A DNA stretch of 63,821 nt, counting the filler, from Folioceros fuciformis (lineage: Eukaryota): NCBI GenBank assembly GCA_049999805.1. It is 7 parts of 7 records of this genome, joined end to end, with 100 filler letters (N's around TTAATTAATTAA, not from the genome) between each part and the next. Parts side by side here need not be neighbours in the genome. Positions count along the whole stretch, not along the records: positions 46,081 to 51,401 come from JBNGIO010004412.1; positions 51,502 to 62,061 come from JBNGIO010004413.1; 5 more parts are not named here. One strand, given 5' to 3'. Position numbers and translations under genes: made by a program. Under the pieces are notes generated by a model. That model made no database searches, was not told the DNA's origin, and was given only the letters and a program-made list of their open reading frames with translations. Position 1 is the first letter of the stretch. Every line of letters starts with the position of its first letter. This document shows positions 47,999 to 60,061 of the stretch, piece after piece.

Positions 47999-48990
47999 CT
48001 ACAGAATGGCAGAAATGGCCTCATCTCCAAGGCCGAATGCGGGGAGGCGAGGGGGAAGGAGAGGAGGAATCCCCGGCGCGGGTGCNNNNNNNNNNNNNNN
48101 NNNNNNNNNNNNNNNNNNNNNNNNNNNNNNNNNNNNNNNNNNNNNNNNNNNNNNNNNNNNNNNNNNNNNNNNNNNNNNNNNNNNNAGGGGGCGGGAGTCG
48201 GGCAAAGGTGGCACGGCTGCCTCCAGATTTACAACGTCCATCACGACGTCCATCCCGGGGCGGACGGCGGGGTCGGGGTGGGAGCAGACCAGCCCCAGCT
48301 GCAGCAGACGCGACATCTCCTCCGCCTTGTACTTCCCTCCCAGCCTGGGATCGGCGGCGTCCAGCAGCCTGCCGGCCTTATGCAGCTCCCAGACCCAGTC
48401 GATGAGAATGGCCTCCTCCGGGAGCCGCGCCATGTCCACGGGCCCCCGCCCCGTCAAGATCTCTAGCACCAGGACCCCGAAGCTGAACACGTCCATCTTG
48501 TCCGTGGCCTTGAGGGAGTACACGGCCTCGGGCGCCAGGTACCCCGTGGTGCCGGCCACGCTGGTGCAGTCGTTCTCCATGGGCATGGCCATGCCGAAGT
48601 CCCCGAGCCGGGCGCGCATCCCGCCGTCGATGAGCACGTTGCTGCTCTTCACGTCCCGGTGGACGATGCGGCGGCGGCACAGAAAGTGCAGGAAGTGGAG
48701 CGCCGCGGCGATGTCCAGCACCAGCAGGCAGCGCTGCGGCCAGGCCAGCACGGCGTCCGCCAGCAGCCGGTCCAGGGACCCGTTGGGCATGAAGTCGTAC
48801 ACCAGCAGGAGCTCCGAGTTCTCCCGGCACCAGCCCCGGAGCGGGACCAGGTTCTGGTGCCGCAGCTGCGCGATCAGAGCCACCTCCGCCAGGAATTCCT
48901 TCTGCGCCTGCTCCTTCTTCTCCTTCTCCTTCTCCTTCCCGTCCATCTCCCTCCGCGAGCATCGCTTCACGGCCACGGGAGTCCCGTCCG
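47999..48990 (-). CDS. Receptor-like kinase domain (L-type lectin RLK-like), partial between gaps
   Basis: VAVKR, EFLAEV, LRHQNLVPLRGWC, MPNGSLD, HRDVKSSN, LGDFG, GTTGYLAPE and LGLVCSHPDP motifs. The ectodomain is not visible. Confidence 0.85.
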
Positions 48991-49574
48991 NNNNNNNNNN
49001 NNNNNNNNNNNNNNNNNNNNNNNNNNNNNNNNNNNNNNNNNNNNNNNNNNNNNNNNNNNNNNNNNNNNNNNNNNNNNNNNNNNNNNNNNNCAATTCTGCC
49101 CCTCACCCATCTCCACATTGACGCCTTCCAGACCACTTCGATCATCACCATCTGATACAAATCGTCCACCACTCCGAATAGAATTGATGTTGTACGAGAT
49201 TTGGCTGCGGATGCTGCTCAGCGATTCAAATTGGTACCAGCGACATTCAGAATCCGACGAGACCAGCCCAGAATCTCAGATGCAGTGGAGATCCCCAAGC
49301 TTCTTACATGTCGTCTTTCCCCTTCATACATGTCGTGTTGGGTCTTCCTTTGGATCCGGGGTTATCCACAAGTGTCAAAGGAAGGGCGGACTCGTCAGCC
49401 TGGTCCGTCTCGGGAACCTCGACGGGCGTGGTCTCTAATAAACTCTGTAGAAAGCGAGTTTCTGTGGCCGACATGGGAGTGTCCCGAGGCAAAATTCGTA
49501 CCCCAATGCAGGGACGCTGTACTGCCGGGTTGCACAGAGGGCCTTTGGTCCTGAGCCTACTCTTAACATCGTCT

Positions 49575-51828
49575 CTATTCAACTCTTCCTGTTACTCTTT
49601 GCACCGCAGCTTTGATGCCTTCCTTGTCCAGGGTCGTCGTCACATGTACTTCTTGGACCTGCAGGAGAAGGGAGATGACTTTAAAAAGGGCCCTCAGGGG
49701 CAGCTCGGGGGCTGGTCCCATGTGTTTCATGTGTTGGGTTGGGCGCTGTACCTGGCGGCCAGCTCGGGCCAGTAGGGTAAACGAGCCATCTTCCACCCGT
49801 TCCTGCCCAGGTCAACAGCAAGCATACGTGAGTCCCTAGGACGAAGAAGGAGGCAAGCATGGGTGACGAATCATGTACTGTTCCTAGGTAGGAGAACCTG
49901 GACTTACATTAGAAACCCACAGCTCCAGGTCTTGTGATACCACACGCTTTTCGCTCGCTTGTCTCCCGAGGGTGACTGCCGTGACGCTGCACGAGAGAGA
50001 GAGGAGGCTGAAGACGAAGAAGAAGAAGAGGGACAAGCAGGAAGCGAACGGGATTCTTGCTGCCTGCTTACCCTTCCTCTTTGAGGAGCTCTTCGCAGAT
50101 CACCTCCAGACCAGCAAGTGGAGTGTCGGGGACGTCGGAAGCACTGTCTTCGGACGAGGGCGTAGGAGCGTCTCCTGGTGCTTCAACTGGCATTAGGGTA
50201 TCCAACGTCTCAAACAGTGGATCAGCTTCCAGCTGTTTCAGTGACAGTGCTAGCCTCCCCTTTTCCCTACAGGTGCAAAGCCTTAGACATGAGCTGGCAG
50301 GAGCGGAGTGTACGAAAGGAACCTGCTCTTCTTAGCCAGACACTCACTCACCTGTCGACAGACACCACTTTCACCTTCACTTCCTGTCCAACTTGGACGA
50401 CAGTTTTGGGATCCGTCACCATGTTCCAGGACAACTCCGATATGTGGACGAGGCCACTGACTTTGTAGGAGCCTGCAAACAAACAGGTGAGCCCATAGCA
50501 GCGTAACGACATGCCAAACCATAGCTCCCAGGGACAGAAAAATCAGTTCATGAACGACATAAAGTTTCAGCATCGGAATCACCGTCAGGAAATTTGAGGT
50601 TCACAAAGGCACCGTAGTCAGTGACTGAATTCACCACTCCTTCGAAAAAGTCACCCACGTTGATGTCTCTCAAATTCTGCCAAACGATTGCTTGCTTCTC
50701 GGAGAAAATCAACCTTTTGGCTTCGTCGTTGGCCTCTATGATCTGCAGGTGTATTCAACTCCTGGTTCTTTCAGAATACGGCGTGATGGCCTGCTCGCAT
50801 ACCAAAACGCAAAAGCCACTGCACTCCTTCATTGTCAACAGACAGGCAACGAAAACCACATTCCAGGCTTTACATGGGAAGCTGAGCAGTACCTTCAGTT
50901 TCAGAGTCTGCCCGACCAGGCCCTTCGCCACATCCACTATGGTCTTACTTCCGTCTGCACATCAGAACAAGAATGACATAAGAATAGAAGCTATCGATGG
51001 CAACCGACCCACAAAGCACCACCACACCACTTGCAGGACAGAAATTCACCTTCAGGCACTCGGCTCCAATCAAGTTGCGATAGCGGAAGGAACCCTAGGA
51101 GAGAAAGGTACCGCACCAGGAGTCCTCCGGTGTTGGAACCCTCCACTTTCCCATCATGGATTGCTCCTGTCTTCACGAACTCAACTGCTTTCTTCCAATC
51201 TGCAGCTCTCTGTTGTGCAAGAGTGAGCAGCCACAAGACATCCAAACCGTTCCACTCTTCCGGCCAGAGTGAGATACCATACCCGCTTCACCTTGGCCGG
51301 CTTCTCCGGATTCTTCACCTTGGCCTCCTTAGTCTCCTTAGCCTCCGTTTCCCCCGGGACCTCTTCCCCTCCAGCTGCAACCCCATCTACCTTCTCCACC
51401 GNNNNNNNNNNNNNNNNNNNNNNNNNNNNNNNNNNNNNNNNNNNNTTAATTAATTAANNNNNNNNNNNNNNNNNNNNNNNNNNNNNNNNNNNNNNNNNNN
51501 NGCCAGGTCCCGTGACAGATGCCGTTGCGGTCGCCACTGCCCTGTGCACCTGCACCCGCACGTGCAGCAGCGGCTCGCTCAGACTCGTTGCCATCGCCAG
51601 CTTCCGGAACTCGGACGTGGCATGCCGGGCGTCGGAGCGCAGATGGCGCGCCGAGCTGCGCAAGGACGCGGAGGCTGCTACCGAGCTGCGGTGGCGGAGG
51701 CCCTGCAATCTCTGCGCCGGCGCTCGCTGAGGCTGCTGCCTACCTACCGCAGCCTCAGCCGCACCCGTACCTGGTGAGCCTACCGCGGCTGTCGCGCTCA
51801 CTCCCCAGGTGGCCTGCATTCCGGCCAT
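49575..51828 (-). CDS. SRRP1: Plastid S1-domain RNA-binding protein (SRRP1-like), multi-exon; transit peptide probably at 51502-51828 across a joiner
   Basis: ADWKKA..GGLLVRY..LGFLP, DYGAFV, GLVHISELSW, EKRVVSQDLELW and FTLLARAGRQVQE motifs. The N-terminal linkage is inferred. Confidence 0.8.
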
Positions 51829-52390
51829 GCCTTTTCAATCCCTCGAGCGACCCCGTTCTCAGCCACAATGCTAAATCGAAGGAAGGCAAGCCTAGCATAG
51901 AATCATGTAGGCGGCCACTGTGTGTCGCTCGTACATAGTACATATGTATGTGCATCGGTCCTTCCTAACCAGCATTTGTCCCCACCCGATCGTCACGACG
52001 CGTGTCTCACGCATATGTATATATTTGGCCAACCCGACATGACAGTTATGGCATCAAACACAGATTCCCGTAACCACTGGATGGCAATGAAAAAGCTTAA
52101 AACATTCCGGGTCCCTGCCGGTTTAGGTGACAAAAATGTAACGCCCGCTGGGACCTTCCGAGGGCCTTGCGTATCATATCACAAGACAGCTGAGAGAAGT
52201 GGATTTGCCAAAGGTAATAGTCTACAGCCATGGGTCTGCACATTAGAACAGCTGCTTCCGTTCTCCTCTCTTCCGAGGAGCAGCTGCAACACTTCCCACC
52301 TAGCTCATGGCCTTTTGCAACGAATGGAACAAGAGAATCCGTTTTAAACTCCATGCATGCTTCAAGATTGACCTAACATGATACGGCGGA

Positions 52391-53263
52391 CTACCTCCCC
52401 CTCCCGCGGCCCCGTCCACGTCCCCGTCCCCTGCCCCTGCCCGCTGGTTTTCCTGCGGACCGACAAAAGGTGGCTTTCGTTAGCTTCCTTCCATGGGAAA
52501 TTAGAGGCTTGGAAAGAATGGACAAGAAATGCAAGGCAGCAGCTCCAATACCTGCACTCGGCTTCTTGGCCTTCACTCGAGGAGTGTCATCAACCAGTAG
52601 AGTGTCCAGGTTGAGGCTGTCCGGAAGGATGTAGTAACGAATGTTGTTTCCCCTGATGCTCAGATGGTCGACGGACACTGGATTTTTGCCCTTCAGTGTC
52701 AGCTTCACTGTTTTCAAGTGAGTATTCATGCTGATATCAACTCCTGCAATGTGCATTCGAAAGTTAGGGCAGGCACAAATGTTGCGACAGCAANNNNNNN
52801 NNNNNNNNNNNNNNNNNNNNNNNNNNNNNNNNNNNNNNNNNNNNNNNNNNNNNNNNNNNNNNNNNNNNNNNNNNNNNNNNNNNNNNNNNNNNNCAGTGGA
52901 AAAACTCAAAATACCTGTGATGGTGCCGTGGACGATGGTGCCATTTTTCAGCTCAATGGATACCGTCTCGTTGTTCAATTTCATCAGAAACCTGCGATAG
53001 CATTGCGCACCATTATACCTTTCCCCCATTCCACAACCCTAGCAATTCGACCTAATCTGGCAATCGAAATGGAAATGCAGGGCTGAGTCCTGTGCTGCAA
53101 CCACCCCCACGTTCCAACCAGGTGCAAAGCAGGGGCACCACGATTGCTTATCCTGGATTGAGGGTGACGCTGTAGTACGAGTGTCGTAGCAAAAATACAA
53201 GCAGCTAAGACTGAAAGAAAAAGGCTGGTGGCCAAGCGGCAATACGCACCTGACGAGCTTCAT
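52391..53263 (-). CDS. SmD1: Small nuclear ribonucleoprotein Sm D1 (4 exons)
   Basis: [56 protein letters not shown] and a C-terminal GR repeat. Confidence 0.97.
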
Positions 53264-53506
53264 GATGCTTGCCTCAGGTTATCTCCCCTCTACCGCGTAC
53301 TTGGCAGCACAAAACAGTGACGAAGCGTGTAGCCACGGCCAGCCGGGCTAAACAGTATCCAGCACCCGCAGGGATGGAAGACCGAAGGCACGCCGAGGCA
53401 GGGCGGGCGAATTTGAGTCGTTACAGCTTAACTCTGTCAATACCCTAACCGCGGCTAACAGTTTGTCCGGATCAATAACCGGGAAAACGAGTGTGGTGTC
53501 CAAGAA

Positions 53507-54027
53507 ATGGCTACGCTCATTCCCGCTGGACTCCTGTTCAATCGTGGCCTTTACTGTCGGCCAACGAGATTGGGACTGGCCAGCACGGGGACGAGGAAGC
53601 AGCAAGCGAGACTTCGGGTTCATTGCGTGGCCGGAGAGTTTGAAATCGGCAGGCTTGAGAGATACACGGAGCTAGCCCGATCCGAGGTGCTCTTTGTGCG
53701 GGCCGTGGTGGATGAGGAGGAGGACGAGGTGATCATCTTCAAGGTGTGTGTGCGCCCTTCGAGTCAGGGCATTATGATTCGGTGGAGCGAATACTGTGAA
53801 TGATGTGCAGCTCAACATTAGCTTACCTTCGACTGTGGCAGGGTTTCTCGTCCTCTCTCGTTCGTCCTACAGCAGCGGATCCCTCCGAACCCGTGTTGCC
53901 ACCAAATGCTGCTATACAGAGTATCGACAGAATTCGAGGCCCTTACAATCCAGCTAACGTGAAGTACATTGAGCAGGGAATCAGCTGGGAGGCGTTTGAC
54001 GGTGTGCTAAAAGACAACGGGCTGTAG
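53507..54027 (+). CDS. Small conserved plastid-type protein of unknown function; exons 53507-53743, 53842-54027
   Basis: Transit-like N-terminus. RLERYT..EVL.V.A..DEVIIFK|GFSSSL..DP..PVLP..IDRIRGPYNP resembles a cyanobacterial/plant family (recalled as At5g52960-like, unverified). Confidence 0.8.
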
Positions 54028-54280
54028 CTCGCATACCTAGATTTCCTTGAAGTTGCTGTGGAGATGTCATGCCATTCAGTTTCCTCGCTTAGGAGTAGCT
54101 AAACACCGCTGTGTGTCCTTTCACAAGGTACTGGACTAACTGTTGTGACACACGAATTCTAAAGACGACGTGTGGGGTCAAAAAGAATCTGAAACCCGCG
54201 TATAAGGGAACACGTTGCTGCATCAGATTACAGTGAACCTCCCAATCAGGGTTCTTCTATGCTTTGTTATCAATCACTGT

Positions 54281-56114
54281 CTAACGTATTGCTAGATCCG
54301 CTAGTCCAAAGGACCTGTCCACAGCCACGCACCACGACTTGTATCTCTTACCGCGTAGCTCCTCAGGTCCTTCGGGATAAAAGAACGTGGGCTTCAGTTC
54401 CGACGTGCCATGCTTGAATATCTGCTCTTCAGACCACAACCCAACAGCCAGTCCTGCAGCATATGCCGCTCCCAGAGCGGTGGTTTCAATATCAGCTGGC
54501 CTCACCACAGGGCTGCCCAAAAGGTCCGCCTGGTCACAACAACAAATCCCTTCAGTGATGACTTTCTTGCAAGGGTAGAGCGAGCGACAGAGCTGGCAAT
54601 AGGTAAATACCTGAAGTTGCATGAGAAGATCGTTAACAGTTGCCCCGCCATCCACCCTGAGGAGAAATTCTGCTTCGTTATCTCTCTTGGAATCAGAGTT
54701 CATGGCATCCAACACGGCTTTCGCCTGGAAACAGATGCTTTCGAGGACTGCTCGAGCAATGTGACCCTTATTTGTATATCTTGTGATTCCTATCAGTACA
54801 CCTCGAGCATCGTCTTTCCACCATGGGGCAAAAATCCCATTGAAAGCAGGGACAAAGTATACGCCACCAGTGCTGTCCACTGTGTTTGCCAGGTCCTCCA
54901 CTTCAGCAGCAGTTTTGATCAGTCCAAGGGCATCCCTTAGCCACTGAACTGCAGCACCGGCGATAGCGATTGATCCTTCAAGTGCATAATTGGTAGGTGC
55001 TTGTGAGCCAAGTTTGAATGCTATGGTAGTTAACAGTCCATGCTTGGAGGGCACAATCTCGTTCCCTGTGTTCAACACAATGAAGCAGCCAGTGCCGTAA
55101 GTGCTCTTAGCCTCCCCCGGCTTGCACTGCTGGCCAAGGGTTGCAGCATGCTGATCTCCAAGACACCCTGCCAAGGTTACTCCAGCAAGGGGCCATCCGT
55201 CTGCAATCTTACCAATCACCTCAGCATTGCTGATAATGCGAGGAAGAATAGTATGAGGAATGCCCAAGGTCTTGAGAGTGGGTTCATGCCACTCTAAAGT
55301 TCTGAGATCCATGAGCATAGTCCTGGCTGCATTCGAGCAGTCAGTGACGTGCAGCCCAGTATTGGGGCCACCTGTAAGATTCCAGATAAGCCAGGTGTCA
55401 ATAGTACCAAACAAAGCATCACTACTCTCCACTGCTTCTTTCACAGCTGGAACGGACTCCAGGAGCCATATAATTTTCGTTGCACTGAAATACGTGCTGA
55501 TTGGCAACCCTGTTGTCTGGACAAAATGGGTGCGACCTTCAGACAGCTCCGCCTCCAAACGCCTGCGAAGGCACCGTACTTATGTCTAGTAATCTCAGGA
55601 TAATAAGCACAATTAACAAGCGTCTAGTGTGCAAACTACCTGCAAATAGCGCTGGTTCTTCCATCCATCCAGACGATTGCATTGTACAGAGGCTTGCCAG
55701 TGCTCTTGCTCCAAATTACAGTGGTCTCTCGTTGGTTGGTGATACCAATCGCTTTCAGATGCCCCTCAACCGAAAATCCTGCTTCTCCCGCCTTCTGAGA
55801 TGCCTTCTCCATGCACATCCTCACGGATTCCAAAATCTCTAGGGGGTCATGCTCCACCCAGCTGCACCTCCCAGCAGTACAGGACCGACGATCATCAGTC
55901 TGAACAAGGCCCCATTCCACACAGTAACACAAAATACAAAACCCCACAATTGAACAAGTACAGCGAAGGACAATTTGGCCTACCCAGCTTGAGGACATAT
56001 CTGCTGGAACTCAAGCTGATGCGATGCCACGGGCTTGGCAGTCTGGTCGTACAGGATGAACCTGGAGCTGGTTGTACCCTGATCGATCGCTCCCACCAAA
56101 AACTTGCTGGCCAT
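54281..56114 (-). CDS. GLI1: Glycerol kinase (4 exons)
   Basis: [48 protein letters not shown] and ETTALGAA motifs, with three GT-AG introns. Confidence 0.95.
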
Positions 56115-56512
56115 TGCTCCAGTCCTGTGGGTTGTCCTGCGGTTCTGAACCCAGTGGATGACTTGCTGATTAGGCCTCTGCGTCCAGGAGGTGTCTGTGC
56201 CCTGAATGTCCCCCTTGCGAATTCCTAACAGCGATGTGCGGAGCAGGTAAGAAAGGTTAAAGGTGAGCTTGGAAGCCAAGGCGATTGCCGGCGGAAAGCA
56301 GACCCGCATCCTCCCGACTTCCTAATATCGATTCTGGAATCTTCTACTGTCTCCGTTCGGTGTTTTTGTCTCGAGGCATGATTTTCGTTACGACTGAGGT
56401 CAAGCGGAATCAAGGCCAACAGAAAGTGGTTGCAACGTTTCTATTCTGTACCAAATTCCAACCCACGCACCAGTTTCCTGACGCCTGTACCGCCTTTTGG
56501 GTCATATCCGCC

Positions 56513-57581
56513 ATGATGGTGAAGGCATCAGCAGTAAGCACGGATGAAGACGACGACGAGGAAGAGAAGGCCAGGTTGGATGCCATAGCCAGCGTGGTGA
56601 TCGATTCTGAACAGGTGCTCAGGAACGCAACAGAGCCGTCTGCTAAGAAGCGAGGACGGAGCACGGTTGCGGACAGTGTGAAGGGGCAGCTAGGTGCTTC
56701 CAACGGACTCAAGCACTACCAGATTCGGGTAAGTTGCTGGCGACTTCGACATGTCAGGGAGGTGCTGTGCTCTTCGTTGCATCGGCTTAGGGCTGACAGT
56801 GCCGGGGTGAGGGAGGATGTGATCTACAGGGCCAAGATCTTCTTCACGCCCTTTTGGACAAAACCTTCGGAGCAAATTTCAGTGACAAAACCCCAGTCGC
56901 AGCAGCTGCGGCACGTGAGGACCCTTTGGGCAATGAAGTCGATGATGATGACGATGACATACAATTGTTCAGGACTGCACCTCGCGGCTTCGTCCTCAAG
57001 GATGCTGCTGGTGGCTGTTCCCCTCGCCGCGTCTTCAATAGCAGTGTCCCTGCAGTCAGTTTCATGTCATCGCTGACCTCACATGACATGACATGTCCAT
57101 GTGCGCCCGTGCAGAAGCCCCTTCAATTGGCAAACGAGTTGAGCGCAGGAGAGGCAGCAGAAAATGCCTCTGCGTCGATGAGGACAATCCAAAGGTACGT
57201 TGCTGATGGGCTTCCTCCTTCCATAAGACACACCCATCGTACACTTGTCGTGAAGGATTTCAAAACACGGATTTCCATGCCTATGCCCAGCACCAGCAGC
57301 GGCTGCAGTCGGTGGCAGTGGACGGGACCAGCATTATCCAGCAGGCTGAGAGGGAAAACGCCAGGGCAAGAGCAGCGGATGAAGCTGCAGAAGTTGCCTT
57401 GCACGAGGCACGTAAGAGGGAGGAGGACAGGGTAGCCTCCCTCAAGCGAGAGCGAGGAGAAGAGTGGCTGCCATCGGTGGCCAGGGATCTGGCCCATGCC
57501 TTGCCCCTGAAAAAAAAGAGGAAGAAAAAAGGCAAAGGCGTGTCCCAAGCCCAGTTACCGGCCAACCCCCATGCACAATAG
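56513..57581 (+). CDS. Uncharacterised nuclear protein, possibly CUSTOS-like (4 exons)
   Basis: Spliced frame LKHYQIR|..LLHALLD..DDDIQLF..|..|RLQSVAVDG..EEDRVASLKRERGEEWLPSVA with a basic NLS KKKRKKK. The family name is from memory. Confidence 0.65.
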
Positions 57582-58169
57582 TCTGTAGTATTCATCACGG
57601 GGATGTGTCCCGTTTCTTGACATGATCATTTTTCTGCTTCGTCATTGGCCATGCACGAAGGCAGCAGGGTCGGCTCCAACTGGACCCGCCACCGAGCTAC
57701 CCGTTTGCTTGCCATATCAGGCACCCGAGCCGTTTTGGTTGNNNNNNNNNNNNNNNNNNNNNNNNNNNNNNNNNNNNNNNNNNNNNNNNNNNNNNNNNNN
57801 NNNNNNNNNNNNNNNNNNNNNNNNNNNNNNNNNNNNNNNNNCTTCTGTCCTCCTGCTGCGCTCCTGGCGCAACATGCGTCCCGGCATCCACAGCTCGTCG
57901 TCTTCCGAGCGTGAAGTTGAGCGCAATCAATAGCCTCTGCCATCAGCAATTGGAGCCCGTGTATAGCAGGTGAACTGCCTGGTTCTCTGGCCCCCTGAAA
58001 CTCTGTTGCTGGAATGTTTTCGTCCTGGGTTGCTTAGCGTTTTCAGGGGTTGGGATTTCCTTGACGGGTTCGGAGGAGGTGTGGTCTTCAAGTAGGGGAA
58101 GTAGGGTTTTGTTCCGATGTGCTTGTGGTTGAAGGGATTTCATCGCCGTGTGCGCAGGCCGCGTGCGGC

Positions 58170-59606
58170 ATGGCACCTCAGCGGCACTTGGCCGTCGCGT
58201 TGGCTCGGATCTGCAAGGCAAGAACCGGCTCCGCGGCGATCCCCGCCTCATCGCATTTGGTGGATGGGGCGCGGTCTGGGTCCGTGTCTGCTTTCTCTCA
58301 GCACGGCGGCTCCCGGCTGCAGTCTGGTGCAGCTGGGGCCGCTGTGGCGTCGAGTGAGGCCGATGCTGGAATTTTGATGAAGGGTGTGAGGATGGCAGGG
58401 CGGCCGCTTTATTTGGACATGCAGGCAACCTCGCCGGTGGATCCTCGGGTGTTGGACGCCATGTTGCCGTACTTCCTTGATCAGTACGGCAATCCCCACT
58501 CCAGGACTCACATGTTTGGATGGGAGAGTGATGAGGCGGTAGAGAAGGCGAGGGAGCAAGTGGCCAAATTGATCGGGGCGGACCCGAAAGAGATCATTTT
58601 TACTTCGGGGGCAACGGAAGCCAACAACATTGCCATCAAGGGGGTAATGCATTTCTACAGGGACAAGAAGAAGCATGCCATCACTGTGCAGACAGAGCAC
58701 AAGTGTGTTTTGGACTCTTGCCGGCATCTGCAACAGGAGGGCTTTGAGGTCACCTATCTGCCTGTCAAGAAGGACGGGTTGATTGATCTGGCGCAGCTTG
58801 AAGCAGCGATCCGTCCGGATACAGGCATTGTGTCTGTTATGACTGTCAACAACGAAATTGGAGTGATTCAGCCTGTCGCAGAGATTGGAGCCATATGCAG
58901 GAAGCACAAGGTGTTTTTTCACACTGACGCTGCTCAGGCAGCTGGAAAGATTCCCATCAGCGTGGATGACATGAAGATCGATCTGATGTCCTTGAGTGCG
59001 CACAAAATCTACGGTCCCAAGGGAGTGGGCGCCTTGTACATGAGGCGTCGACCTCGTGTACGTGTTGAAGCACAGATGAGTGGCGGTGGTCAGGAAAGAG
59101 GTATTCGAAGTGGTACAGTGCCTACTCCATTGGCCGTGGGAATGGGAAGTGCGTGTGAGGTTGCAAGGCAGGAGATGGCTTACGACGAAAAGCACATCAG
59201 GGAGCTGCACGAGCGGCTGTTGAAGGGTATTTCAGCTCAGTTGGAAGGTGTAGTGGTGAACGGCAGCATAGATCAGCGGTATGTGGGTAATCTGAACATA
59301 TCATTTGCGTTCGTAGAGGGCGAGTCTCTCTTGATGGGACTGAAGGAGGTTGCAGTCTCTAGCGGGAGTGCGTGTACCAGTGCCAGTCTCGAACCTTCCT
59401 ACGTTCTGCGAGCGCTGGGGGTTGAGGAAGACATGGCTCACACATCCATTCGATTTGGCGTGGGCAGGTTCACAACTAAGGAGGAGGTTGATAGGGCTAT
59501 TGCTCTTACAGTGGAACAAGTCAAGAAGCTGAGAGAGATGAGTCCACTGTGGGAAATGGTGCAAGAGGGGATTGATTTGAAGAGCATAAAGTGGTCCCAG
59601 CATTGA
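58170..59606 (+). CDS. NFS1: Mitochondrial cysteine desulfurase, 478 aa
   Basis: Presequence, [49 protein letters not shown] and C-terminal IKWSQH. Confidence 0.97.
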   Translation: MAPQRHLAVALARICKARTGSAAIPASSHLVDGARSGSVSAFSQHGGSRLQSGAAGAAVASSEADAGILMKGVRMAGRPLYLDMQATSPVDPRVLDAMLPYFLDQYGNPHSRTHMFGWESDEAVEKAREQVAKLIGADPKEIIFTSGATEANNIAIKGVMHFYRDKKKHAITVQTEHKCVLDSCRHLQQEGFEVTYLPVKKDGLIDLAQLEAAIRPDTGIVSVMTVNNEIGVIQPVAEIGAICRKHKVFFHTDAAQAAGKIPISVDDMKIDLMSLSAHKIYGPKGVGALYMRRRPRVRVEAQMSGGGQERGIRSGTVPTPLAVGMGSACEVARQEMAYDEKHIRELHERLLKGISAQLEGVVVNGSIDQRYVGNLNISFAFVEGESLLMGLKEVAVSSGSACTSASLEPSYVLRALGVEEDMAHTSIRFGVGRFTTKEEVDRAIALTVEQVKKLREMSPLWEMVQEGIDLKSIKWSQH

Positions 59607-60061
59607 GCGGCCTTTGCCCTTGCCCAAAGTTATCCTTTCCTAACCGTGTATAGTTGTTTGCCTTTAGAATATGCTGTGTAATTGAACTCCACGAGCACCG
59701 TGTTGGTTCTATGATGGCCCTCTGCTCAAGAAAAGAGGACATTTCTAGCTGCCTGGGCAGCGTTTTTTTGTGTTGTCACTTGTTCAACCCAACAATGTAA
59801 AACTTCTCATAGTGGTGGGGAAAAAAACAATTTAGCCAGTCCACTTGGCGTGTCCAGGAGTGCCAGAATCCATCTGATCTTTTTTCGGCACATTCTAGTC
59901 CAGTGTGTAAGAATCCGAGAAGTGGGACTTGCGCTGGCGCGTGTCTACGTGCGAGAAGCGCGTGCCCCGCCGCGGCCAGCGTGTGCCGGGCCAAGATTCC
60001 GTCTGGTCTGAACGTTACCGCTAACTGTATGTATGTACATACCAGGAGAACCTTATGCCGG

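Noticed and set aside
58170-59606. Intronless NFS1 as bacterial iscS transfer or contamination
   Set aside because: It has a mitochondrial presequence and a eukaryotic C-terminus and lies among intron-containing plant genes. Plant NFS1 coding regions are commonly intron-free.
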